Of a DNA stretch of 64,000 nt, positions 12,701 to 24,294 are shown one piece after another. A program made the translations under genes and the position numbers. Source of the stretch: Auanema rhodensis (Eukaryota > Animalia > Nematoda); contig OZ059897.1 of assembly GCA_964057225.1 (NCBI GenBank), positions 10,416,001 to 10,480,000 of the forward strand. The letters run 5' to 3'. Below the pieces are notes generated by a model, which saw only the letters and a list, made by a program, of their open reading frames with translations, did no database searches and was not told where the DNA came from. How positions within the stretch are numbered: position 1 is the first letter of the stretch; every line of letters starts with the position of its first letter.

Positions 12701-15700
12701 TTTGAAATTTAAATGCTATGAAATTATTGCTTGCTTGTCATGTTAGATTTGTTCAATTTAAATACTTATTTAAGTTCCAACAATTTTCGATTAAATCACG
12801 TTAAATTAACTGTATTGTTTTCAAAAATAAAGACATCTTTCAATTTCTGGTCATTGAATTAGAATTTTCATGTTGTCACACAGGAAATGAAGAATCTTAG
12901 TTTATTTCAGTAACAATGAACACAATAATTTTGTTTAGTTTGTAATACCGGCCCAAGTAGTATAGTGGTTAGTACTCCGCGTTGTGGCCGTGGCGACACA
13001 GGTTCGATTCCTGTCTTGGGCATTTTTTGTTTTGAAATTTAAATGCTATAAAATTATTGCTTGCTTGTCATGTTAGATTTGTTCAATTTAAATACTTATT
13101 TAAGTTCCAACAATTCTCGATTAAATCACGTTCATTTAACTGTATTGTTTGCAAAAATAAAGACAAAATTCAATTTCTGTTCATTGAATTAGAATTTTCA
13201 TGTTGTCACGCAGAAATTGAAGAATCTTAGTTCATTTCAGTAACAATGAACACACTATCTTTGTTAAGTTGTTGTAATATCGGCCCAAGTAGTATAGTGA
13301 TCAGTACTCCACGTTGTGGCCGTGGCGACACAGGTTCGATTCCTGTCTTGGGCATTTTTTGTTTTGAAATTTAAATGCTATAAAATTATTGCTTGCTTGT
13401 CATGTTAGATTTGTTCAATTTAAATACTTATTTAAGTTCCAACAATTCTCGATTAATTCACGTTCATTCAACTGTATTGTTTTCAAAAATAAAGACAAAA
13501 TTCAATTTCTGTTCATTGAATTAGAATTTTCATGTTGTCACACAGAAATTGAAGAATCTTAGTTCATTTCAGTAACAATGAACACACTAACTTTGTTAAG
13601 TTGTTGTAATATCGGCCCAAGTAGTATAGTGGTTAGTACTCCACGTTGTGGCCGTGGCGACACAGGTTCGATTCCTGTCTTGGGCATCTTTTGTTTTGAA
13701 ATTAAAATGCTATAAACATATTGCTTGCTTGTCATGTTAGATTTGTTTAATTCAAATACTTATTTAAGTTCTAATAATTTTTGATTTAATCACGTTCAAT
13801 TAACAGTATTGTTTTCAAAAATAAAGACAAAATTCAACTTCTGTTCATTGAATTAGAATTTTCATGTTGTCACACAGAAATTGAAGAATCTTAGTTCATT
13901 TCAGTAACAATGAACACACTAACTTTGTTAAGTTGTAATATCGGCCCAAGTAGTATAGTGGTTAGTACTCCACGTTGTGGCCGTGGCGACACAGGTTCGA
14001 TTCCTGTCTTGGGCATCTTTTGTTTTGAAATTTAAATGCTATGAAATTATTGCTTGCTTGTCATGTTAGATTTGTTTAATTCAAATACTTATTTAAGTTC
14101 TAACAATTTTTGATTTAATCACGTTCAATTAACTGTATTGTTTTCAAAAATAAAGACATCTTTCAATTTCTGGTCATTGAATTAGAATTTTCATGTTGTC
14201 ACACAGGAAATGAAGAATCTTAGTTTATTTCAGTAACAATGAACACAATAATTTTGTTTAGTTTGTAATACCGGCCCAAGTAGTATAGTGGTTAGTACTC
14301 CGCGTTGTGGCCGTGGCGACACAGGTTCGATTCCTGTCTTGGGCATTTTTTGTTTTGAAATTTAAATGCTATAAAATTATTGCTTGCTTGTCATGTTAGA
14401 TTTGTTCAATTTAAATACTTATTTAAGTTCCAACAATTCTCGATTAAATCACGTTCATTTAACTGTATTGTTTGCAAAAATAAAGACAAAATTCAATTTC
14501 TGTTCATTGAATTAGAATTTTCATGTTGTCACGCAGAAATTGAAGAATCTTAGTTCATTTCAGTAACAATGAACACACTATCTTTGTTAAGTTGTTGTAA
14601 TATCGGCCCAAGTAGTATAGTGATCAGTACTCCACGTTGTGGCCGTGGCGACACAGGTTCGATTCCTGTCTTGGGCATTTTTTGTTTTGAAATTTAAATG
14701 CTATAAAATTATTGCTTACTTGTCATGTTAGATTTGTTCAATTTAAATACTTATTTAAGTTCCAACAATTCTCGATTAATTCACGTTCATTCAACTGTAT
14801 TGTTTTCAAAAATAAAGACAAAATTCAATTTCTGTTCATTGAATTAGAATTTTCATGTTGTCACACAGAAATTGAAGAATCTTAGTTCATTTCAGTAACA
14901 ATGAACACACTAACTTTGTTAAGTTGTTGTAATATCGGCCCAAGTAGTATAGTGGTTAGTACTCCACGTTGTGGCCGTGGCGACACAGGTTCGATTCCTG
15001 TCTTGGGCATCTTTTGTTTTGAAATTAAAATGCTATAAACATATTGCTTGCTTGTCATGTTAGATTTGTTTAATTCAAATACTTATTTAAGTTCTAATAA
15101 TTTTTGATTTAATCACGTTCAATTAACAGTATTGTTTTCAAAAATAAAGACATCTTTCAATTTTTGGTCATTGAATTAGAATTTTCATGTTGTCACACAG
15201 AAATTGAAGAATCTTAGTTCATTTCAGTAACAATGAACACACTAACTTTGTTAAGTTGTTGTAATATCGGCCCAAGTAGTATAGTGGTCAGTACTCCACG
15301 TTGTGGCCGTGGCGACACAGGTTCGATTCCTGTCTTGGGTGTTTTTTGTTTTGAAATTTAAATGCTATAAAATTATTGCTTGCTTGTCATGTTAGATTTG
15401 TTTGATTTAAATACTTATTTAAGTTCTAACAATTTTTGATTAAATCACGTTCAATTAACTGTATTGTTTTCAAGAATAAAGACAAAATTCAACTTCTGTT
15501 CATTGAATTAGAATTTTCATGTTGTCACACAGAAATTGAAGAATCTTAGTTCATTTCAGTAACAATGAACACACTAACTTTGTTAAGTTGTTGTAATATC
15601 GGCCCAAGTAGTATAGTGGTCAGTACTCCACGTTGTGGCCGTGGCGACACAGGTTCGATTCCTGTCTTGGGTGTTTTTTGTTTTGAAATTTAAATGCTAT

Positions 15701-18700
15701 AAAATTATTGCTTGCTTGTCATGTTAGATTTGTTTGATTTAAATACTTATTTAAGTTCTAACAATTTTCGATTAAATCACGTTCAATTAACTGTATTGTT
15801 TTCAAGAATAAAGACAAAATTCAACTTCTGTTCATTGAATTAGAATTTTCATGTTGTCACACAGAAATTGAAGAATCTTAGTTCATTTCAGTAACAATGA
15901 ACACACTAACTTTGTTAAGTTGTTGTAATATCGGCCCAAGTAGTATAGTGGTTAGTACTCCACGTTGTGGCCGTGGCGACACAGGTTCGATTCCTGTCTT
16001 GGGCATTTTTTGTTTTGAAATTTAAATGCTATAAAATTATTGCTTGCTTGTCATGTTAGATTTGTTTAATTTAAATACTTATTTAAGTTCCAACAATTTT
16101 CGATTAAATCACGTTCAATTAACTGTATTGTTTTCAAAAATAAAGACAAAATTCAACTTCTGTTCATTGAATTAGAAGTTTCATGTTGTCACACAGAAAT
16201 TGAAGAATCTTAGTTCATTTCAGTAACAATGAACACACTAACTTTGTTAAGTTGTTGTAATATCGGCCCAAGTAGTATAGTGATCAGTACTCCACGTTGT
16301 GGCCGTGGCGACACAGGTTCGATTCCTGTCTTGGGCATCTTTTGTTTTGAAATTTAAATGCTATGAAATTATTGCTTGCTTGTCATGTTAGATTTGTTTG
16401 ATTTAAATACTTATTTAAGTTCTAACAATTTTCGATTAAATCACGTTCAATTAACTGTATTGTTTTCAAAAATAAAGACAAAATTCAATTTCTGTTCATT
16501 GAATTAGAATTTTCATGTTGTCACACAGAAATTGAAGAATCTTAGTTCATTTCAGTAACAATGAACACACTAACTTTGTTAAGTTGTTGTAATATCGGCC
16601 CAAGTAGTATAGTGGTTAGTACTCCACGTTGTGGCCGTGGCGACACAGGTTCGATTCCTGTCTTGGGCATTTTTTGTTTTGAAATTTAAATGCTATAAAA
16701 TTATTGCTTGCTTGTCATGTTAGATTTGTTTAATTCAAATACTTATTTAAGTTCTAACAATTTTTGATTTAATCACGTTCAATTAACTGTATTGTTTTCA
16801 AAAATAAAGACATTTTTCAATTTCTGTTCATTGAATTAGAATTTTCATGTTGTCACACAGAAATTGAAGAATCTTAGTTCATTTCAGTAACAATGAACAC
16901 ACTAACTTTGTTAAGTTGTTGTAATATCGGCCCAAGTAGTATAGTGGTTAGTACTCCACGTTGTGGCCGTGGCGACACAGGTTCGATTCCTGTCTTGGGC
17001 ATCTTTTGTTTTGAAATTTAAATGCTATGAAATTATTGCTTGCTTGTCATGTTAGATTTGTTTGATTTAAATACTTATTTAAGTTCTAACAATTTTCGAT
17101 TAAATCACGTTCAATTAACTGTATTGTTTTCAAAAATAAAGACAAAATTCAATTTCTGTTCATTGAATTAGAATTTTCATGTTGTCACACAGAAATTGAA
17201 GAATCTTAGTTCATTTCAGTAACAATGAACACACTAACTTTGTTAAGTTGTTGTAATATCGGCCCAAGTAGTATAGTGGTTAGTACTCCACGTTGTGGCC
17301 GTGGCGACACAGGTTCGATTCCTGTCTTGGGCATTTTTTGTTTTGAAATTTAAATGCTATAAAATTATTGCTTGCTTGTCATGTTAGATTTGTTTAATTC
17401 AAATACTTATTTAAGTTCTAACAATTTTTGATTTAATCACGTTCAATTAACTGTATTGTTTTCAAAAATAAAGACATTTTTCAATTTCTGGTCATTGAAT
17501 TAGAATTTTCATGTTGTCACACAGGAAATGAAGAATCTTAGTTTATTTCAGTAACAATGAACACAATAATTTTGTTTAGTTTGTAATACCGGCCCAAGTA
17601 GTATAGTGGTTAGTACTCCACGTTGTGGCCGTGGCGACACAGGTTCGATTCCTGTCTTGGGCATTTTTTGTTTTGAAATTTAAATGCTATAAAATTATTG
17701 CTTGCTTGTCATGTTAGATTTGTTCAATTTAAATACTTATTTAAGTTCCAACAATTCTCGATTAAATCACGTTCATTCAACTGTATTGTTTTCAAAAATA
17801 AAGACAAAATTCAATTTCTGTTCATTGAATTAGAATTTTCATGTTGTCACACAGAAATTGAAGAATCTTAGTTCATTTCAGTAACAATGAACACACTAAC
17901 TTTGTTAAGTTGTTGTAATATCGGCCCAAGTAGTATAGTGGTTAGTACTCCACGTTGTGGCCGTGGCGACACAGGTTCGATTCCTGTCTTGGGCATTTTT
18001 TGTTTTGAAATTTAAATGCTATAAAATTATTGCTTGCTTGTCATGTTAGATTTGTTTAATTTAAATACTTATTTAAGTTCCAACAATTTTCGATTAAATC
18101 ACGTTCAATTAACTGTATTGTTTTCAAAAATAAAGACAAAATTCAACTTCTGTTCATTGAATTAGAATTTTCATGTTGTCACACAGAAATTGAAGAATCT
18201 TAGTTCATTTCAGTAACAATGAACACACTAACTTTGTTAAGTTGTTGTAATATCGGCCCAAGTAGTATAGTGGTTAGTACTCCACGTTGTGGCCGTGGCG
18301 ACACAGGTTCGATTCCTGTCTTGGGCATCTTTTGTTTTGAAATTTAAATGCTATGAAATTATTGCTTGCTTGTCATGTTAGATTTGTTTGATTTAAATAC
18401 TTATTTAAGTTCTAACAATTTTCGATTAAATCACGTTCAATTAACTGTATTGTTTTCAAAAATAAAGACAAAATTCAACTTCTGTTCATTGAATTAGAAT
18501 TTTCATGTTGTCACACAGAAATTGAAGAATCTTAGTTCATTTCAGTAACAATGAACACACTAACTTTGTTAAGTTGTTGTAATATCGGCCCAAGTAGTAT
18601 AGTGGTTAGTACTCCACGTTGTGGCCGTGGCGACACAGGTTCGATTCCTGTCTTGGGCATTTTTTGTTTTGAAATTTAAATGCTATAAAATTATTGCTTG

Positions 18701-19077
18701 CTTGTCATGTTAGATTTGTTTAATTTAAATACTTATTCAAGTTCCAACAATTTTCGATTAAATCACGTTCAATTAACTGTATTGTTTTCAAAAATAAAGA
18801 CAAAATTCAACTTCTGTTCATTGAATTAGAATTTTCATGTTGTCACACAGAAATTGAAGAATCTTAGTTCATTTCAGTAACAATGAACACACTAACTTTG
18901 TTAAGTTGTTGTAATATCGGCCCAAGTAGTATAGTGATTAGTACTCCACGTTGTGGCCGTGGCGACACAGGTTCGATTCCTGTCTTGGGCATTTTTTGTT
19001 TTGAAATTTAAATGCTATGAAATTATTGCTTGCTTGTCATGTTAGATTTGTTCAATTTAAATACTTATTTAAGTTCC

Positions 19078-19133
19078 CGTTCCATTATGGCTCTAACCCT
19101 GCAGTTACATATATAGGGTCTCCGAATGGAACG
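19078..19133 (-). repeat. Gypsy 3' LTR, internally deleted (56 bp)
   Basis: Equals the first 11 bp (CGTTCCATTAT) plus the last 45 bp (GGCTCTAACC...AATGGAACG) of the 366-bp LTR at 30470-30835. Confidence 0.92.
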
Positions 19134-19145
19134 TGCCCTTTTTCA
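19134..19145 (-). promoter_or_regulatory. Polypurine tract of the Gypsy element
   Basis: Minus strand reads GAAAAAAGGGCA immediately before the 3' LTR. Confidence 0.75.
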
Positions 19146-19830
19146 AAGATTGTCGCGACCTCGCGATATTTTAAACAAAAGTTTGGGCTTATATGTAACT
19201 GAGTTTTAGAGTTTAAATGTTTCAGCTTCACAATAACTATAGTATGATAGAGTTTTAATTAGTATAAAAACAAAATTACAATAATTCATAAGAAGTGTTC
19301 AATATAATATGAAGTGACGATGAATTAGAATATTATTAATTTCATAAATTAATTATCTCAATATTCAAGCATTTCTTAATAGAGATTGTAGAATAAGGGG
19401 CTAGTAATGAATGGGAATATGTTATTATTTTGACTAATGGTCTCAAGAAGTACTCATTTCTAAATTGAACCGAGATTATGATTTAATAATGTGTCTCAAT
19501 ATGTCTCCCAGAGTGAATCCTTGATTACTAATAGAGACTACCACTTAAGATGAAATTGTGGTTGATACGCCTACCAGTGTTTATCTCATCTTATTTGGAG
19601 AGGCACATGGAGCTCGGATGGTTGTCAAAATGTCCTCTAGTCCGCATAGGATTACGGTAACTTGGAACCATTAGTCATAACATCTCCTCGTTAAGAATTT
19701 GCCTTATTTTTCCTTTCTCAATCTCTATTAAATGCTATTTTTATTTTGAATGTTATTTAGCATAAATTTTTTTTTCTAATTCATCGTTATTTTGTTACAA
19801 TAATTTGAATAACGTAGCATTATCTTGTTG

Positions 19831-22800
19831 TTATTCTTCTTCATTCCTCGGAAGCCATATTTCGTCTTCATTTTCATCTTCTGGCTCTGTATCTTTGCTA
19901 TCCTTGTTGTTCCTGTTGATCACTTCTATTATTTCGATGTCGCTATCTTCTTCTGCTTGACTTTCTCGAAATCTTGCGCGAGTGTTGTAAGAGATGTTTT
20001 GTGAAGCAGGAGAGAAGATTTTCAAGTTATTTTTGTGGATATCTTGTAGTTTTCCTGATGAATTTCTGATTTGAACTTTTGATCCTTCTACGTCGATGAC
20101 TTCGTATGGTCCATCATAGCTTTTCCGAAGCTTTTGGCCGATTTGGTGTGATTTTATAGTCGTCATCACCATGTCGCCCGGTTGAATGTCTCTATGGTGT
20201 GCTCTTTGCGTTCTATCTTTCTTCTTTTTCGCATTTTCTTGATTTTTAGCTATGCGGTTCTTTATTATTTCGTCTCTCTTGTCCATATCTGGTCTTCTTT
20301 GGAGTAATTCTTCAGAAATTTCTTGAATTTTGGTGATCGTTTCTGGTAATTCAGCGTCCATTGACATTCTGCATTCTTTACCGAATAATGCAATGTATGG
20401 CGCAATCCCTGTAGTCGCGTGCTGAATATTGTTAATAACAAAAGTGATTTTTGGTAATACAGTATCCCAGTCACTAAGGTCCTCTTTTAAGTAGTGGGTT
20501 AATTCTTCTTCGAGGGTTCTGTGAAGTCTTTCCACTTGTCCATTTGAGTTCTTTTGGTGTGGTAGTGTTGGTTCATGTTTGATTCCAAGTTTAGTACACA
20601 TTTCTTCGAACTTTTTAGATACAAAGTTCGAACCTCTATCGGTGATCAAGCAATGGGGTGGTCCAAAAATGTAAACGAAATGTCTTAGAAATCGGTCAAT
20701 TGTGATTTCCGTTGTTATTTGTGGTACAGCAATTGTTGTTGACCATTTTGTAAATGCGTCTTGCATGGTAATGACGTAGGTACAGTTTCTTTTTGAAGGG
20801 GGAAATGGTCCCATTACGTCCATGTGGACTCGTTCAAATGGCTTGCTTGGTATCTCAAAATGACCTATTGGTTGTACCGTCATGGAATGTGGATCTTTTT
20901 TTCTTTGAGCACATTTAATGCAGTTTTTGATAAATATAGTAATGTCGTTCTGCATATTTGTCCAATAGAATCTTTTTAGAATTGCTTCTTTTGGTTTAAT
21001 AATTCCTTGATGTGCTGCAATTGTAGGATCCTCATGAAAAACTTTGATTATTTCCTCAATTATGGGGTGTTCTTGTGGTATTACGATAGCGGGTTGTGGC
21101 TTTTTGTCTGTTGGTTTTGTATAGAGCAAGTCATTTATGACACAATATCTGTCATTAGCTGTCATGTTCTTTTGTGCTCTATATTCAATCTCCGCTATCG
21201 TCCGTTTTATCCAAGGGGTGTTTAGTTGAATTTTCTTTATTGTTGGTGTATTTATGGCGTTAATGTGAATTTCTTCCATTTTCTTCTTCTTTGTTACCGG
21301 CTTAGCATCGTTAGCTTCTTCACCTATATATCGAGATAGAGCATCGCATACTTTATTTAATTGGCCTGCGCGATATTTTATTTCAATATCATATACTTGG
21401 ATGACCAGCTGGAACTTCGCAAGACGACCAAATAAGTCTCTGCGTGTCATTAAGCTGGTAAGGGGTCGATGGTCCGTAATACATATAGTATGAGTTCCAA
21501 GAATGTATGTACGGAATTGATTTAATGCATATACAAGGCCTAATGCTTCTATCTCGATTGGTGCGTAGTTACGTTCGGCTTTAACTAGTTTTCTGCTTGC
21601 AAATGCGATAGGGTGTAGATTTTTCAGAGGCTGTTTTGGATCTTCCGGTTGTAATAATACAGCACCTATGGCGATGTTACTACCGTCGCTTTCAACTATA
21701 AACAAGCGGTCCGATTTAGGTGGGCTTAAAACGGGTGCCTGTATTAAACTTCTTTTAAGGAGGTCTAAAGCTTCTTTATGTTTGTGTTCCCATTTGAATT
21801 CAGTATCTGCCTTTGTCAGATCGTATAAAGGGCTTGCGATACGTGCAAAATCTTTCATGAATTTGCGAAAAAATCCAACCATTCCCAAGAATGCTCGTAC
21901 ACCTGTTGCATTCTTTGGTGCCGGATAATCTTGTATGGCGGCGACTTTTTGAGGGTCAGGTTTTATACCTTGACGTCTTACAATAAGTCCTAGAAATTTC
22001 ACTTCTGGTTGAGCAAAAGCGCATTTCTTAAGCTTTATCTTCATTCCCAATTCTTCTACTGCTTGCAGTAAATCATCGATATCTTTGAGATGTTGTTCTC
22101 TTGTATCAGATATAACTAATAGATCGTCCAAATAAACAAATAGTTTACAAGAACATTTACTTTGCAAATACCTTACTGCTGTTTGAAAGGTATGAGGGGC
22201 TCCACAAAGGCCTATCGGCATCCGTTTGTACTGGTATGTGCCGGATGTGGTCGTAAATGCTGTTAGTGGTCGATCTGATTTTCTCAAGGATATTTGAAAA
22301 AATCCTGACACTAAATCGAAGTTTGAGAAAAATTGGGCGCCTGCTGCCAAATCAACTATGTCAGAAATGCTTGGAATGACATAAGTTTGCTTGCGTGTGA
22401 CATTATTTAAAGCTCGAAAATCTGTCACAAACCTATACGTGTCATCTTTCTTCTTAACTAGTACTACAGGGCTATTAAATAGAGATGTAGAAGGCTCTAT
22501 TATGCCTTGCTCAAGCATTTCTTTGACTTGTTTTTCAATTTCTTCCTGTTTTCCTAAGGGAATACGTGTTATTCTCGGCTTTGGCATATCCATATCTGTT
22601 CTCAATGGTATGGTATGCTCAATAGGACCTTTAAATAAGCCTATTTTCCTGTCCTCGTTAAGAAATGCCTCACGATGGTTTTCAATTATTTTTGTAAGCT
22701 CGTGTTTTTCTTCTTTCGTGAGATCAGCATTCTCTAGATCAAGATCTTTTATGAAGTCTCTTGGAAAATATGGTAGTTTACTCTCCCAATCGGCTTCTGG

Positions 22801-24294
22801 CGGAACATATGGTAAAATTGGCTTATGCTTAAAGGGTTCACAAGCCGGAATTTCTCCAATTATTGCCTGTCCGATGACTGAATTAGCTTCCATAGCTATT
22901 GATACATCGGTATCGTTACGGAACATAACATATACTCCACTGGTATCACGAAACGCAGTTGGATATAATGATTTTAATGCGCTTCCACTATCCCTTAAGA
23001 CAACCACTTCGTTAGATTCTAGTGGTTTATCTGTTTTTATTGGGATAGGTGCCTCTTCATCAGGCTTTAATGTTTTTGTTCTTAAATTAATGATATTCAC
23101 AGTTATCTCCGTATGCTTAATAGATTCATTTCCTATTAATGGGATGGCATTGTTTCCAATCTCCAACCTCTTCTTGGATGGTTTAAGGCTGACGTCGATG
23201 TTTTCGCTGTCAAGCGCTTTCATGAAATCTAGTCCACTTAAAGCAGGAGCAGGACAGTCATGATCGTTTGAGACCAAAAAGGTGTGTTCGATCTCGTAGC
23301 CGGCAATTTCAATTACAAGATTTATCTTTCCATAAAATGTGAAAGTGGACTTGTTGGCTGCCATCGCTACTAAATGTCTCTTCTTGACATTTTCGGCCAT
23401 GTTCAGATATTTGAGGATGGAGAGCCTAACATATGACACTGATGAGCCTGAATCCCATAAAGCTAAAATCAGTTTATCTTCAACTGATATATATATTAAT
23501 GGTAACTTCGTTTCCGCTGATGCAATAGAAGCAACAAATGGTATTGCGATTGGAATAAATGTTACTAAAGCAGGATAGTATTGCTTCATGATGTTATCTG
23601 GCATCTGTTGGTCTGGGCGGCTTACAAGTTCCAATGTTTCTTCATAGCCTGGGGGCTCATTATCTATTTCGTGGACATGCATTACGGTTAGTGGAGTGGC
23701 TCTGAAGAACCAAAATTTAGCAACAACGAAAAGAATTATTAATACTGCGGCAATCGTAACCATTGATCCTATGAAGATGAGTGTTCTCTCAATTGATCCT
23801 ATCAGAAATTGCTTTACGCTAGTCCAGGCGGAAGTTGTGAACTCAGCTGCTTTAGAGATATAGTCACTGCCCTTTTTCAAAAGGTTAAAGGCTGACGTAA
23901 TTTTTGGATCGTTGTGAATAGTATGTAAAACATGGTTCTGTCGTATGGATGCTAAACTTGCTCCATATGCAATAGCTGTTGACATTGAGTAAACTCTCAA
24001 TGATAAATTGGTGTATAAGTTAGCGCCTGTGAACTTTAAAGATGTTAATTGGTGGTATTGCGCTTTATCAAAGAGTGATATTGGTTTTACTTCAACCGAT
24101 CCATTCATATTTATCCATTCTCCATTTTGATAGTACACATCTGTTGGTACATGTTCGCAATCTATCTCTTTTCCATCTGTTAATAAGTCTCTTGATCCTG
24201 GAGCAGCAAAATATAATCTCTCATCTTCTGTTATTACTGGTGTTTCCAAATAGCATGTATCATTGATCTTATGATTATGATAAACAGCTTTAGG
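19831..24294 (-). CDS. pol: Polyprotein, distal part: Env C-terminus and TM anchor, aspartic protease, RT, RNase H, DDE integrase
   Basis: TM LIFIGSMVTIAAVLIILFVVAKFWFF; PR LWDSGS; RT YRFVTDFRALN and YLDD; RH ESDGSNIAIGAVL and TDHRPL; IN H..H..CIKC, HMDVMGP, TDRGSNF, NGQVER, DGPY. The frame stays open up to 24294; the track start at 24249 is TTG, not a true start. Confidence 0.95.
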   Translation of the reverse strand, partial: PKAVYHNHKINDTCYLETPVITEDERLYFAAPGSRDLLTDGKEIDCEHVPTDVYYQNGEWINMNGSVEVKPISLFDKAQYHQLTSLKFTGANLYTNLSLRVYSMSTAIAYGASLASIRQNHVLHTIHNDPKITSAFNLLKKGSDYISKAAEFTTSAWTSVKQFLIGSIERTLIFIGSMVTIAAVLIILFVVAKFWFFRATPLTVMHVHEIDNEPPGYEETLELVSRPDQQMPDNIMKQYYPALVTFIPIAIPFVASIASAETKLPLIYISVEDKLILALWDSGSSVSYVRLSILKYLNMAENVKKRHLVAMAANKSTFTFYGKINLVIEIAGYEIEHTFLVSNDHDCPAPALSGLDFMKALDSENIDVSLKPSKKRLEIGNNAIPLIGNESIKHTEITVNIINLRTKTLKPDEEAPIPIKTDKPLESNEVVVLRDSGSALKSLYPTAFRDTSGVYVMFRNDTDVSIAMEANSVIGQAIIGEIPACEPFKHKPILPYVPPEADWESKLPYFPRDFIKDLDLENADLTKEEKHELTKIIENHREAFLNEDRKIGLFKGPIEHTIPLRTDMDMPKPRITRIPLGKQEEIEKQVKEMLEQGIIEPSTSLFNSPVVLVKKKDDTYRFVTDFRALNNVTRKQTYVIPSISDIVDLAAGAQFFSNFDLVSGFFQISLRKSDRPLTAFTTTSGTYQYKRMPIGLCGAPHTFQTAVRYLQSKCSCKLFVYLDDLLVISDTREQHLKDIDDLLQAVEELGMKIKLKKCAFAQPEVKFLGLIVRRQGIKPDPQKVAAIQDYPAPKNATGVRAFLGMVGFFRKFMKDFARIASPLYDLTKADTEFKWEHKHKEALDLLKRSLIQAPVLSPPKSDRLFIVESDGSNIAIGAVLLQPEDPKQPLKNLHPIAFASRKLVKAERNYAPIEIEALGLVYALNQFRTYILGTHTICITDHRPLTSLMTRRDLFGRLAKFQLVIQVYDIEIKYRAGQLNKVCDALSRYIGEEANDAKPVTKKKKMEEIHINAINTPTIKKIQLNTPWIKRTIAEIEYRAQKNMTANDRYCVINDLLYTKPTDKKPQPAIVIPQEHPIIEEIIKVFHEDPTIAAHQGIIKPKEAILKRFYWTNMQNDITIFIKNCIKCAQRKKDPHSMTVQPIGHFEIPSKPFERVHMDVMGPFPPSKRNCTYVITMQDAFTKWSTTIAVPQITTEITIDRFLRHFVYIFGPPHCLITDRGSNFVSKKFEEMCTKLGIKHEPTLPHQKNSNGQVERLHRTLEEELTHYLKEDLSDWDTVLPKITFVINNIQHATTGIAPYIALFGKECRMSMDAELPETITKIQEISEELLQRRPDMDKRDEIIKNRIAKNQENAKKKKDRTQRAHHRDIQPGDMVMTTIKSHQIGQKLRKSYDGPYEVIDVEGSKVQIRNSSGKLQDIHKNNLKIFSPASQNISYNTRARFRESQAEEDSDIEIIEVINRNNKDSKDTEPEDENEDEIWLPRNEEE

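Larger units (their letters stand above)
1..19077 (+). repeat. Tandem tRNA-His(GUG) gene array, segment 1 (~58 copies, 329-332 bp unit); copies mostly canonical
   Basis: Each unit has a 72-nt tRNA, a T-run and a ~260 bp AT-rich spacer. First tRNA starts at 34, last at 18920; copy number is from spacing. Array is open at the window start. Confidence 0.97.

Noticed and set aside
1-19077. CRISPR-like or retroelement-associated spacer array
   Set aside because: The spacers are near-identical rather than unique, the conserved unit is a tRNA gene, and there are no cas genes.
19017-19202. Short ORFs across element junctions and LTRs (also 30713-30961, 36680-36904, 45887-46090)
   Set aside because: They cross repeat/LTR boundaries or a microsatellite and are not genes.
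19140-19830. Env or an extra gene in the Gypsy 3' region
   Set aside because: Only short frames were found in the minus-strand stretch inspected, the ORF track shows nothing substantial, and no convincing exon structure was seen.
21007-23578. Plus-strand ORFs opposite Gypsy pol, including the 290-aa ORF at 22391-23263
   Set aside because: Antisense shadows of a long coding frame with no recognisable motifs.
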